From positions 86,366,001 through 86,430,000 of the forward strand of contig CM060731.1 of assembly GCA_030704615.1 (NCBI GenBank): a stretch of DNA of 64,000 nucleotides, in the 5' to 3' direction. Source of the DNA: Takakia lepidozioides (taxonomy: Eukaryota; Plantae; Bryophyta). Below, one piece after another: positions 36,595 through 50,236 of the stretch. The notes beneath the pieces were generated by a model that saw nothing but the letters and a program-made list of their open reading frames with translations, was not told where the DNA came from and did no database searches. The number at the start of each line of letters is the position of its first letter. The stretch's first letter is position 1. The position numbers and the translations under genes are program-made.

Positions 36595-38199
36595 CCAGTT
36601 CCAGAGTAAGCATAGGTATGTCTTGCCCTAAAGTCAAGAGGAGCTTGTATAGAAGTAGGGCAGTGGAATTGCACTCATGGCCGGATCTGGACGAAATACA
36701 GACGAAGATGGAGTATGTTACCAGTCAGCATCAACTCAAATCCGGAGAGGATACCGACGCTATTCTCTCTACCCCTGTATCTATTGAAGTTGGTTGTTCG
36801 TTTATTATTAACAATGTACAAAGTGAAAACTAATCTTGTGAAGGGTTTGAAAACGATGTCAGTGTTTGCATCCATATGTCACCTGCATTATTGCCGATCA
36901 TTTTGAAAAAAATGCATGCCCACTGAGGCGCTTCAGTTCCGAATCATACCTCATGTGCATACATAGTGTTTGCTGCAACAAACACTCTGCCAGTATACCG
37001 ATGTTCCCTGCATGGAACACTGCGACTTCCTGAACGTGGATCTCTAACCTTGTACCCTTCCTTCCAATCTATTGACAATATCTCTACCCCGCTGCAGTAT
37101 TCCTCATAGAGAGAGAAAAATCACAAAAGCCGTGAGGGGGTAAAAGGAGAGATTGTAGAGCCGTGGTTGTTGCTCCCCTCATCTAAGTGAATGATATCAG
37201 GCACAGGAAAACCCACAAAGGCCTGTGACCTCTTTTCTAGTAGTTAGTTAAAAATGGTGTGTCAAGCCAGAGTGTGGTCCTCTGAGGTGCAGAAAGTATC
37301 CAATCCTTTTCAGTCAAGAATTTCATCATGAACTCTGTGAAATCCATGAGAGATCCCTGCGGGTCATGTTTTAGACACAGATGGTACGTCTTTTATTTCC
37401 GGTGTAGGGTCCTCCGAAGTTCAAGAGTATCCAATCATTTTCATTGCTATTTGCTCTGGCCGGGTTCGAGCCGAGATCCTTTCTTAGAAATAGAATTGCT
37501 ATTCGAGTTGATGTCATTTTTAGAAATGGCTAGAGTGTGGTCCTCTGAGGTGCAGAAAGTATCCAATCATGTCCCACTGATATACGAGCACATGCTCGAA
37601 GTATTTCCCAAGACCGTAAATACCAATCGGGCACATATCAGATCCTCTTCCATCATCTATGGGATTCAAACCTAGTCCGGTGGGGGAGAATGGATGGGTT
37701 TGAAACTCTCTCCAAAGAGGGAGAGGGGATGGTTTTACAAATTTATTATCTGGATTTTTGCTCAGGGAACTCAAACTCTCTCTGTAGAGGGCGAGTGGAT
37801 GGTTTTGAGACTTTGTGATCTGTTTCTCTTTCTTTGATAAAAAATTTTACGTCAAAACAATGTACATTTGTACAGCCCCTACGTCATGTCAATGATAGAT
37901 GTTCAGTTTCGCAATGTGCAACCAAAGATTTTGGGTTCTTTCACACTCGGGGCGAGTGTTCCCCATTGGTCGCCATATATGTCGATCATCTTTTTTTTAT
38001 TCTAATTAAAACAACGTCTTTCATGTACATTAGTGTATATTTTATTGAGTTGAGTACAAAATTATAGTATAAAATCTTCAAGAAGTGAAATTATATAGCA
38101 ATGACAGAGCTGGAGTAACTATTAGAGCAAGCCGGATGTGATAACGGCTTCTTCCTCAAAGAAGATCAATGACATGTTCCAGGAGGATAGGAAAAGGTC

Positions 38200-38660
38200 T
38201 TGCTCTCAGACTGTGAACCGGATTGGATTTTTGAAAACCCATCTCTGGCGACTAGTTTGTCTGACCATGAGAGCCTTGGCAACGGAATTGTCATTCTGGA
38301 GGACGTTGTATCACTGGAGAACCTGCAGAAAGTGGCATCCCATCAGAGAGAGGACCAGCCCAATGACAACTCCTTGATTCCGGGGTTGACAGACCATGTG
38401 GCATTGGAGTGCATCGCAGAGGAATGCAGCTTTTGGTGCGGACAGTACTCTAGAGGTTACATGGTATGGAGGTATGATCTAGAAATCAATGAATAGTCTT
38501 CAGCGCCAAGAATGATTCAGGATCGATGTCTTTGTAAGTTAGCAAATGCAGGAAAATATGCTTATCTTGCTGGAGGATCTCACTAGCAGACGACTCTCAG
38601 AACAACGCTACAACTCGCTACTTCAAGCAAGGAAACCTCTCCCCGATCTCAACATAGCAC
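38200..38660 (+). pseudogene. F-box/kelch-repeat gene fragment
   Basis: LIPGLTDHVALECIA (F-box start) joined to VWRYDLEINE*SSAPRMIQDRCL..LANAGKYAYLAGG (kelch); internal deletion and a stop codon. Confidence 0.7.
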
Positions 38661-38844
38661 GGGAAAGGGAGCTAATGGGAAAACAAGGATAAATGTTAAC
38701 CGCTAGATACTGGCTAATCAAGGGTAGCGATCCCACTTCCCAAACGGATGAATAACATGGAGGAGAAGCAACATTCATAAGGACTTAAAAACGGACCATG
38801 TACCAACTTAAGTTGGTCATGTACCAAACTTAAGTTGATCATGT

Positions 38845-39310
38845 CCCAGGATGGAAGATGGATGAAAAGTATGGAGGGATGAAAGTTACAGATGGATGAA
38901 ATCAGCGGATGGATGAGAGATTACAGGCTGGATGACAAAAATAAAATGGATGACAATGACAACAGATGGATGATAAACATATGGCTTGATCTAGTCCATC
39001 CAGATGGAGGGGACAGATCTAACGGATTAAAATAAAAAGATCCTATATTAGATTAATGGACACTCTAGGAAAAAATTAGTTATATATTTTTAACTAGGTG
39101 TCGGTGCTTAAATGCACCTAACCTACATCATTAGTGCTTTATTTATTTACTTAAAACAGATGGATGACATCCGTTAAAATAGTTGGACAGATGGAGTCAA
39201 GGAGAAGATGACGAGCTGCTATAAAGCAGCCGGCGGAATGACCGAGCAATCAATCTAGTCTCTCTCTCCCTCTTCCTTCACTCTCTCTCCCTCTCGCTCT
39301 CTCTCTGCCT
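38845..39310. repeat. GATGGATGA short repeats (38845-38975) and a CT-rich microsatellite (39258-39310)
   Basis: Visible directly in the sequence. Confidence 0.7.
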
Positions 39311-40473
39311 CCCATCCTCCCTTTGCCAAAACCAAGTAGTTTAGTTGGAGATAGAACCAGAGAATGAACTCTGGTTCCTAGTTTTGGTGCCTAGTGTTGA
39401 TTTAAAAATAATATAACAGCTTGCAGTCCAACGTTCAGTGTTATTCAGATCTCTGGTCGGTGAAGCCGAATTGGTCGGAGTGTGTGCACTTGATCCACCG
39501 TTGTATTTCAGTTGAAGTATGCATCAGTCTTGTTAGATCTCAACGTTGTCGAATTTGTGAGTCTCCATGTTTGATTTCCACGAAATTTTAGCGGCTCGGA
39601 CTGGCAAAGTTGAATTTCTTGAATCAAAGTGCTTCAGTGTCTAGATTTTCTTTGATTATTCCTGCACACCATTTGTTTCCAATCGTATCTCTTTTCGGAA
39701 ACTTACCATCTCATACGTCTTGTATAATAGGCTGGATCACATCAGTTGAGTACTTATTAGTTTCCAGCGGTAGGAAGAGAGTACTTGGCCTGCAATTTGT
39801 TTCTTTTAAAAAAACAAAAAAACAAAACTACTATCAGTGACCGGTGGTTGAGCGGAACTGGAGATAAGACTGGTTGTTCGCGGACGAAAGACTGAAATCA
39901 AGAGGAAGGGGTATGTGGCCTTTGAAAACTCAATAGTCACACCTTTCTGTAATTCAGGCGTCATTAGAAATAGATGGTGGCACGATGAATCACAGGGGCC
40001 AGCCAGATGTTTGAAGTTTGGTCTCCCGCATTGATCTACGCCGCTTGTCTTTACTCATAACGGAAGAAGTGGACGATTAGGCTTATGGGTGTGAAGCGGC
40101 GGTGCATTTTATGAGCCTCACTTGTTATGCATCACCATGAGTTTGTGTTCATAGGTGTGCTAGCAAATTCCTTGTGCATGTTGACGAGTAATTTTTCTCT
40201 TAAGCTTGGTATCGCTGATGTCATTGGGATCGGGGATCATAGCACTAACCCTCGGATACCATGGCTGCTTCACAGATTCGTGGCCCTTGCTTGTTCATAT
40301 CTTAGCCGCTTGGACACCTGTGCATGCACCTGCCAAAGATTTTTTTGTTTTGGTGGTGTTTGATCATGTTCAGGGAGATGAAGCGTTGCATAATTAGAAG
40401 TTTTGAAACAACCGTTTAAAATTCTAGCGACGACCGAAGGTCGGAAGCTAGTTTACCATAGAGCAGGAATAGG

Positions 40474-43400
40474 GTGCCACAGTGCCATGTCATCATCACC
40501 ACGTTTCGTCGTCGTCAATTTTCGTCGAACCTGCCCGGCCTACCCGAAAACCCAGAATCTTTCTTGACCCGAAGCTTTCTTGAATGGCCTGAAGGGGCGC
40601 TGCGCATTGTGAACCAAGGAGGCGATTCGGCACACCAAGGGCTCACCCCAAACAAGAGGGTATTTTTCTGCGTTCTTCGTGCGTGTGAGAGCCTCCAAGC
40701 TCTTGAAAAGGGCACAGAGGTACAAGCTAATATCATCAAAGCTAGAATTGGGTCAGATATCATTCTGGAGATAGCCCATATGCTAAATGTAGAAGCGCGC
40801 AAAGTGTTTGACAATGTAACTCAACAAGATGTGGTCTCTTGGAACGCCATGATGATCACGGGATATGCTCAGCATGGGTATGGTAGGGAGGCTCTGGAGA
40901 TCTATGAGCAAATGATATTGGAAGGGGTGATACCCGACAGGATCACGTTTACTCTGCTAATGAAGGCACATTCTTCATCACATTTCACCCTGTTTGGAGT
41001 GAGTTTGACATGATACTGCCAATGTGACAACAGGGAAGTATGCAGAAACATGTAACAGAGACGAGGAGAAGTTGTGGAATGAATACTTTTCTGACCTATC
41101 ATTCTGGAGACAGCCCGTATGCTAAATGTAGAAGTGCGCAAAGTGTTTGACAATGTAACTCAACAAGATGTGGTCTCTTGGAAGCCATGATCATGGGATA
41201 TGCTTAGCATGGGTATGGTAGGGAGGCTCTGGAGATCTATGAGCAAATGATACTGGAAGGGGTGATACCCAAAAGGGTCACGTTTACTCTGCTAATGAAG
41301 GCAGCTTCTTCAACACATTTCACCCTGTTTGGAGTGGGTTCGACATGGTACTGCCAATGCGACAACAGGGAAGTATGCAGAAACAAGTAACAGAGACGAG
41401 GAGAAGCTGTGGAATGAATACTTTTCTGACCCCAGTCAATGGTGGGACAATCGAGGCAAAAAGGTGAATGCCTGTTGGATTACAGAGAGTAGCAGATGCA
41501 ATTGAGCATAGGAACTAGTGTGATAAGTTGAGTTAGGTGTTTCGTAGAACAAATCTAGGCTGTCATTATCAGCTGATAGTAGCAAGGCAAGGATGTATGT
41601 ATGATTTGTGCAGAGGCATGGATAGCTGAAGGAGCAGGGATAGTGTGTGGGTGGACAGATTCAGCCAAGAGGGCCGGACTTCAAGCTCCAGATGACATAT
41701 GATTCCATGTGGATCAATAGCTACAATAAACCTGCATGGGTAGATGGTCAACTAAAGGCAGTAGCTGCAGCGGCACAGTTGATAGAATCAGGCACCTCAA
41801 CCATGACCACAGCTTCTGAAAGAGGATCAAGAGAGGGAGTCCACAATGCCTCTTCTGGCACTTCTGGGCATGTTTGTGCGGAAGGCAGACTGACAGATCA
41901 GGCACTGCTAGTCCAGGCATTCTTCAACACATTTCAACCTGTTTTTCCCTCTTATCAGAGCAGCAGATGCAATTGAGCATAGAAACTAGTGTGATAAGTT
42001 GAGTTGGGTGTTTCATGGTCAGTCAAATCCTCCATGGGTCATGACACAAGGTCAAGGTTAATGTAGTGAGGGCACCTTCTTCTTCGATCTATTTTACCCT
42101 ATTTTTCCATCTCATCAAGCACCTCAACCATGACCACAGCTTCTGGAAGAGGGAGAGGGAGTCCACAATGCCTCTTCTGGCACTTCTGGGTATGTGAAGA
42201 TGCTTTGTGAGGCAGGCAGACTGAAAGATGAGACTTTAAACCAAGGAGGCATTTCAGCAGATTCAGATACGTATGTCTGTCTCTTACATAAGTGCATCAA
42301 GATGAAAGGCCTTGAAGCTGGAAAGCAGGTGCACACTCACATTATCCTAAGTGGATTTAGCCAAATGTTTTTCTACTCAACACCCTTGTCAACATGTATG
42401 TTAAGTGCGGGAGCATCATGGATGCTCACCAAGTGTTCAATAGAATGCCTCAACCATCTTTGATCACGTGGAATGTAACGTTGGCAGGACTTACCAAGCA
42501 TGGGTGTGGTACGAATGCTTTGGAGACCTATGAGCAAATGATGCACGAAGGGGTGAAGCCCACCACATCACGTTCGTTTGCGTTTGCAATGCGTGTGCAA
42601 GCCTGGGAGCCCTGGAAAAGGGGAAAGAGGTCCATGATGAGATTGTCAAAGCTGGAATTGTACCAGATGTCATTCCGAACACTGCCCTGGTGGACATGTA
42701 TGCCAAATGTGGGTGCATTAAGGATGCAAAGGCAGTTTTCAACAATATGCAGGCTGAACAAGATGTGGTGTCGTGGAGCGCGATGCTTGCAGGGTATGCA
42801 CAGCAGGGAGGCTTTGGAGACCTATGAGCAAATGATGGGGGAAGGGGTGAAGCCCAACCACATCACGTTCCTTTGTGTTTGCAATGCATGTGCAAGCCTG
42901 GGAGCCCTGGAAAAGGGCGAGGTCCATGATGACATCGTCAAAGCTGGAATTCTACTAGATGTCATTATGAACATTGCCCTGGTGGACATGTATGCCAAAT
43001 GTGGGTGCATTAAGGATGCAAAGGCAGTTTTGAAAGTTCAACAATATGCAAGTTGAACGAGATGTGGTGTCGTGGAGCGCGATGCTTGCAGGGTATGCAC
43101 AGCAGGGACGTGGGGTGGAGGCTTTGGAGACCTATGAGCAAATGATGGGGGAAGGGATGACGCCCAACCACATCACGTTTGTGTGCATTTGCAATGCATG
43201 CGCAAGCCTAGCAGCTCTGGAAAAGGGCAAAGAGGCCCATGGCGACATTGTCAGGGCTGGAATTGTACCCGATGTCATTCTGAACAATGCCCTCATGGAC
43301 ATGTATGCCAAATGTGGGAGCATTGAGGATGCGAAGGCAGTGTTCAACAATATGGCTGAATAAAATGTGGTGTCATGGACCGCGATGCTTGCAAGATATG

Positions 43401-44862
43401 CACAGCAGGAGCGCGGGATGGAGGCTTCGGAGACCTATGAGCAAATGATGGTGGAAGGGGTGAAGCCCGACCACATCACATCTGTGGGTTTGCAAGCCTG
43501 GCAGCCCTGGAAAAGGGCAAAGAGGTGCAAGGTGACATCGTCAAAGCTGGAATTGTACCAGATGTCTTTGTGAACACTACCCTGGTGGACATGTATGCCA
43601 AACGAGGGTGCATTAAGGATGCAAAGGGAGTTTCCAACACTATGGCTGAACGAGATGTGGTGTCATTGAAGACGATGCTTGCAGGTATCCACAGCAGGGA
43701 CGTGGTATGGGGGCTTTGGAGACCTATGATCAGATGATGGGGCAAGGGGTGAAGCCCACCACATCACGTTTCTATGCATCAATGCGTGTGCAAGCCTGGC
43801 AGCTCTGGAAAAGGGCAAAGAGGTCCATGGCGACATGGTCAGAGCTGCAGTTGTACCAAATGTCATTATGAACAATACCCTCGTGGACATGTATGAAGGG
43901 AGTGTTCGACAGTATGGCTGAACGAGATGTGGTGTCATGGAGTGTGATGATTGCAGGATATGCACAGCAAGGGCGTGGGATGGAGGCTTTGGAGACCTAT
44001 GAGCAAATGATGTGCGAAGGGGGTGAAGCCCAACTACATGACGTTTGTTTGCATTTGCAATGCGTGTGCAAGCCTGGCAGCCCTGGAAAAGTGCAAAGAG
44101 GTCCATGGTGACATTATCAAATCTGGACCCGATGTCATTCTGAACACTACCCTGGTGGACATGTATGTCAAATGTGGGTGCATCGAGGATGCAAATGGAG
44201 TGTTTGACAGTATTGCTGAGCGTGATGTGGTGTCGTGGAGTGTGATGATTGCAAAATATGCACAGCAAGGGTGCGGGCTGGAGGCTTTGGAGACCTATGA
44301 GCAAATGATGTGCGAAGGGGTGAAAACCAACCACATCACATGTTTGTGTTTGCAATGCGTGTGCAAACCTGGGAGCTTTGGAAAAGGGGAAAGAGGTCCA
44401 TGGTGACATCGTCAAAGCTGGAATTGTACCTGATGTCATCCTGAACACTGCCCTGGTGGACATGTATGCCACATATGGGTGCATTAAGGATGCAATGGGA
44501 GTTAATTTCAACACCATGGCTGAACGTGATGTGGTGTTGTGGAACGCGATGCTTGCAGGGGCGTGGGATGGAGGCTTTGGAGACCTATGAGCAAATGATG
44601 GGGGAAGGGGTGAAGCCACATCACGTTTGTGTGCGTTTGCAGTTCGTGTGCAAGTCTGGCAGCCCTGGAAAGGGCAAAGAGGTGCATGGTTGCATCGCCA
44701 AAGCTGGAATTGTACCAGATGTGATTCTGAACAATACCCTCGTGGACATGTATGCCAAATGTGGGTGCATCAAGGATGCGGAGGGAGTGTTCAACAGTAT
44801 GGCTGAACGAGATTTGGTGTCATGGAATGCCATGCTTGCAGGATATGCACAGCAGGGGCGCG
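40474..44862 (+). pseudogene. PLS-class PPR gene, 5' part; rearranged start and ~8 near-identical PLS triplets with frameshifts
   Basis: MLCEAGRL...DTYVCLLHKC; repeated LVDMYAKCG.I.DA..VF..M.ERDVVSW..M.AGYAQQG.G.EALETYEQMM.EGVKPNHITF...NACASL.ALEKGKEVHGDIVKAGIVPDVILN; ~335-bp duplication at 40757-41430. Confidence 0.92.
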
Positions 44863-46101
44863 CACTAGAAGCATTCGTGTCTTTTCCGATTCGACTGCAT
44901 GTCCGCGACCACTCCGGGAACCACTTGGTAGTAAACGGGACTACTGGAGAGTCGAAACAGACAATGTGGGCCCACGGGGGCATTTCAGACGGCGGACAGA
45001 AGTGGGGTCAACGACTCCGGAGTCGTAGCAGAATTCCGGGCTATTTTACGAATTGCGTAAATACATAAAATTTGAAAAAGCCAAAATTACAAGTGGTTGT
45101 AATTACTGCACATGCGACTACAAATTTTCTTTCCTAATTCGATTAATGGAATAAAGATATTTATTCATTAAAGTGAATATGTAGTCGACTCAACGACTCC
45201 ATGAACCACTGCGCATTCATTGCACCCATGACTCGGCAGCACATTTGCTGACGTGGCTTTCACAAAAAGAGGTAAACAAAATGTGGCCTTGGGGGAATAG
45301 ATATTTTAATACGTGCTGCCTCCACCTGGCAGAGACAAGGATGCAAGTGCTGCGTCGGACATGGCGACGTGGGAATGGAAATCCTGACACGGCAAGGCCT
45401 TCGTATACTGTGAGCGCGCGTAGTGGCTTCTCAAAAACATCGGGGTCTTGGTCATTCATCATTTACAGAATGTGCTGGATGGAGGCACGATGGAGCGCGC
45501 ATACGGGCATGCCCTTCTGGCATCAATTCCCAAGTATCCACGCAAGGTGAGGCTGCTGAATTGGGTTTTTGCCCGTCTAGTTTTCTGACAGCATGCTCGA
45601 AACGTTCATAGTGCCATTGAGTGGCATCGCAATAATTTGATGTGTAGCTGCTTTTCCATTTCACAAGTTATGCAGAAGGCGTCACAGAAGAAGATCGCAA
45701 AGACGTCAAGGCTGAAGAATATGCCCTTTGGTTGTGAACTACAATCATATCATGCCAACCCCATTTTGCCCACGCAGATGAGGGAGTGCGGCCTGCCGCA
45801 CGGGCCGAGGACCCTGGGCAAGGGAAGCACAAAAAGGTGTCGTTTGGTCCTGCTCCTTTGGAGACACCCCCCATTCCACTGGTCTTTGTTCCTGGAAAGC
45901 ATGCAGCTGGGCCAGAAAATGCATGCACACATTCACGTCTACTTCCCGTACATGAAGACGATCCTCTCCTCACATGTCAAACAATATTGGCAGAACAAAA
46001 AAAGGTTTGTTCACAAGACAGTACGGACCACATACCGGGACATTATCGATACTATTAACTGTCTCGCCCTTGCGCGCTTGCAGGACTGTACAAAATGGGT
46101 T

Positions 46102-49100
46102 CTAAGGACAGTAAGAGTCCTTAGCATAGCTCTCGTCTATGAGCTGCTGGCTTAATGGACACTGAGATTCAGCTGGGCTCACTATCATATCCAAATAATC
46201 TTCCCCTTCACTACCCACATCTGCAATTTGCCTTGCGGTAATTACCAACCCTGGAATGTCTTCCTCATTAAAGGTAACTGCTCCTTCCAAAGAGACTGGT
46301 TCGGCCGTATCTGGTAGATTTGTGGTTCCCTCAGACCCTCGTGGTCGGCATTCTCCCCTAGGTCCAGATCATGGACGTCGGCCACGACTCGTTTGGCCCG
46401 GGGGTCCTTGTGAAGAACCACCTTCCATCCCGGCGCATGGGTGTCATCTGAAAAGAAAACTTGCTCAACTTGCGATGGGAAGATGAATGGCTCTTCATCT
46501 TGTGGTAGCATTTTTCTGAAATCAGCAAGGAGGAACCCGTACTCATCCCGTTTCATGGTGGCATTCTCTCCTACCATATTGGCTTTTACCCAAGAACAAC
46601 GGAATAGAATTGGCTTCACAAGACCATAGTCTAGTTTAAGGATCTCTTTGATCACTCCTACATATTGCACATGGCATGAAATTGGATTCTGATCTCGTGC
46701 ACAGCTCCTACTCTCTTGTTCAAAAAATGATGCCACTCCGCTGTCATAAGTCACCAGGAGGCTGGTGTTGGCATCGTCCACTCTATAGTGATTGCCATAT
46801 GCTTTCATTGACCGGTACGAAGTGGCAATCAGCCCTGGGGGGAATGACAGACTCACCATGCCCTCATCTGGGTCCTCGTTCTCTGATGCGTACACTGCAA
46901 TTGCAGATCTGACCCACACTGTAAAGGGCTGCAGCTCCTCCATTGTTGTGGGGTACTCCACCGGGGATCTGCGCCTACGACCGCCCCTCCGCCATGCTTT
47001 TGCAAATGCACTCCGTTCCGTTTTCAGGCGGACCTTCTCCGCTGCGTACTTTCTGGCAGAAACCAAATAGAAGCTGCAACTCAGTCCCCCTGACCAACAC
47101 CGTGCTGTACATGCATGCCACATGCAGAGTGTGTGTCCTTTCAAGCACACTGTAGTGATGCAGCCTACTTCATAATCACTTGCAAGCAACAACCAAGATC
47201 TACGAAACACCCTCTGTAGTCGTCTGAAGCACCCTGTTAGTACACGATCCCACTCCCATAGTGGCCGGAATGACTTGTGACAATATATATGTAATTCCAG
47301 CATACAAAGACCATTAAGAATAGCACAGGAGGGATGTAAGTTGGCACCCACTGTCTCCATGGTGTCATGGTTGTTGTGTTGTTCAGCACATAATCATGTG
47401 CCACATCCCGAAGGCGCGGGCTCATGGCACGCTTTGTTCCACCACCTTCTAGGACCTCGCCTACAACTCCTTCTTCCTCGTTCTCGTCCCACACCCGTCG
47501 TTGTATTGCATCAAATGAAGACATATACTCTGTCATGAAGCCCAGGGCTTCGTCGCGGATGTAGCCCTCCGCCATACTCCCCTCTGGCCGTGCCATGTTG
47601 CGTACATACCCCTTCAGATCCTTCATGTACCTCTCCATGGGGTACATCCACCGGCTGGCTACGGGCCCACACACATGCAACTCCTCTACAAGATGCACTA
47701 GCAAGTGCGTCATGACGTCAAAGAATGATGGAGGGAATTCTTTCTCCAGCAAACATAGGGTCATAGCCACATCCTCATGCAACGATGTAATGTCCCTCGG
47801 ATCCCACACCTTCGCACAAATCTTCCTAAACACTCGACTTACACGCATTATGGCTGTTCGAGGACCTGGCGCCATCGTACCCCGAATGCACACTGGCAAA
47901 ATCTGTTGCATCATCACGTGTAGATCATGTGACTTCATCCCCGACCATTTCTTGTTTATGGCATGCTTTTGGAAAGCACCCGAGAATCCGGTTGGCACTT
48001 TCATGGCTCCCAATGTCTTCAAAAAATCCTCTTGCTCTGATTTGGTCAGGACGTATGATGCTGCTGGCATGAGCACTTTGCCTGGTCTATTTGGATCAGG
48101 CCTTAGCCACAGATGTGACCGTATCCCTTCAATCTCCATGTCCTTTCGTACGTTTATCGTATCCTTCTCCCCAAAGATAGTCTTCAGAATGTTCTCGCAG
48201 AAGTTCTTCTCACAATGCATGGGGTCCAGGAGGTACCGCTGCAAGAGGTTCTGAAATGCCAAATGTCCTCCCATGAGACCAAGTTCTATGGGCAAAAAAA
48301 GTAGAATATGTGGCAGAAGTTGTCCATGTTACTACATTCTGCTTTCAACAACTCCACGATCCTCTCCACAGTGAGGTGTACGACTTCAACATCTACTGCA
48401 TAGTAGTTACACTGACTTAGGAGTTGGTGGAAGGACTCCTGACAGTAAAGGTAATTCCAGGAAGCACAATGTGAAAGAAAGTGAGTGAATGGGGGGGGGG
48501 ATTCATGCACCTTCCAGTATGGCAAATCCCAAAGGATTGTCCGGCGCTTCACCCCGTGCTCCATGGCTGGATCCGCACTACTTCCGTCTCTCCCTCCAAT
48601 CTCCATGAACGCCTCTTTCTCCTTTGCAAATTGCAATGTCTCCTCCGGTGTCACAGCATTTGGTGCCATTCTCTTTTCAACACATCCATTGAAGTGCCTT
48701 CCTGCTCGTCGGTAGGGGTGGTTTCTTGCAAGGTAACGTCGATGCCCCATGTATATTGTCTTCCCTAGTGGCTTTGAGTGCCGTGAATCCACATAGGGCC
48801 CACAAATGGGGCACCCTTTGTAGCCCTTCGTCTTGCAACCCGCAACAAGGCCATATGCGGGGAAATCGTGGATTGACCACATGAGTATGGCACGGAGGGT
48901 GAAACTCCGTTGCCCTACTGGTTTCAAAATGTCGTAAGCTTCAACTCCAATCCATAGTTCCTGTAGCTCTTCAATCAATGGTTGCAAATACACATCTATG
49001 TTTGCATTTGTCACGGACTCCTTGCCTGGAATCAAGAGAGACAACATGACAAAGAATTTCTTTGTTGTCAACCATGGTGGCAGGTTGTATGCCACCAACT

Positions 49101-50236
49101 GCACGGGCCATGTGGACCATGTGCAACTCTTTGATCCGTATGGGTTTACTCCATCCGTAGATACAGCCAATCGCACATTGCGTGGGTCCTCGGCAAAATC
49201 GGGCCAAGTTGCATCTATATGCTTCCATGCAAGGGAATCTGGGACATGCCTTACCAAACCATCGTTTGAGGCATTCCTGGAATGCCAAGTCATGAGCTCA
49301 CTAATGGTCTTGCATTTGTACATTCGTAATAGACGGGGGATAAGGGGAAAGTGCCTCAACACCTTGGCTGGCTGTTGTAACCTGCCCACATCATGGTATC
49401 GGGCTGCACCGCATTTGGGGCACTCCATAGCATCCTTGTACTCTCTTCTGAAAAGTACATGTCCTTTTGGACATGCATGTATTTTCACGTAGTTGAGGCC
49501 GAGCTTCCCAATCATTTGGTTGGCCATGTGACAGCTTTTTGGCATTTCATTTGGTTGTGGAAGCAAGTTCAGCCGAAGCAAAGAGAACAACTCGTCCACA
49601 AAATGGTCTGAGACACCGTGGGTTGTGCACAGGTTCATCAACAGCATGGTGGCAGCAAGCTTTGTGGATTTGCATCCCTCGTACAGTGGCACACATGCTT
49701 CTTCTAGTGTCATGTGTGCAGAATTCAATTCTCCATCTCCACCTCCTTCCACGCCTTCCCCCACGTGAATGCCTTCATTTCCTGCGTCATCACCATCCCC
49801 AGTTGTCGCAGCGCCGTCCCCCTCTTCAGCATCGTCCATGATGTGGAATGCTTCCTGCAACATTCGAGTAATCTCCACCCCTCCGTCCATGCCTGGTTCA
49901 TGTCCTGCGACCCATGACATAGTCCTCGTCTGGCCTTCTGTATGGCCCCTCGGGGGTGTCATTGTCCAATTGGCCTACTCCTCATCGTCTTCGTCTGCAG
50001 GTCCATCTCCAATCCACACCCGAACTCTTGGTCTTTTGTGGTGAAGGAGATGTGTGCGCACACCCGTCCTCAGATCTACTTGTAGTGCCCAAACAACGTT
50101 TACATGGGCATGGCATCCTTGAAAGCCCAAGGGCTCGGGCACGTGCCACTTCTCTTTCCCACAACCTGTCATCTCGGGTGTTCTGTCTACAGGGGTGATT
50201 AATTGGAAGTCCTCCGCATGGGCGAGGGGAACTCAT
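46102..50236 (-). CDS. CACTA transposase TnpD/Tnp2 (Transposase_21 + DUF4218 + DUF4216), spliced, frameshifts near the ends
   Basis: KIHACP...CPKCG...RHFPLIPRL...RNVRLAVSTDGVNPY...STWPV..YNLPPW...DVYLQPLIEEL...DFPAY...CPIC; LDPMHCEKN; GMKSHD; FPPSFFDVMTHL; RWMYPMER; PEGSMAEGY; EPFIFPSQVEQVFF. Confidence 0.93.

Noticed and set aside
36600-37840. LTR of the gypsy remnant
   Set aside because: Short internal repeats are present, but no paired LTR, PBS or clear TG...CA boundaries were found
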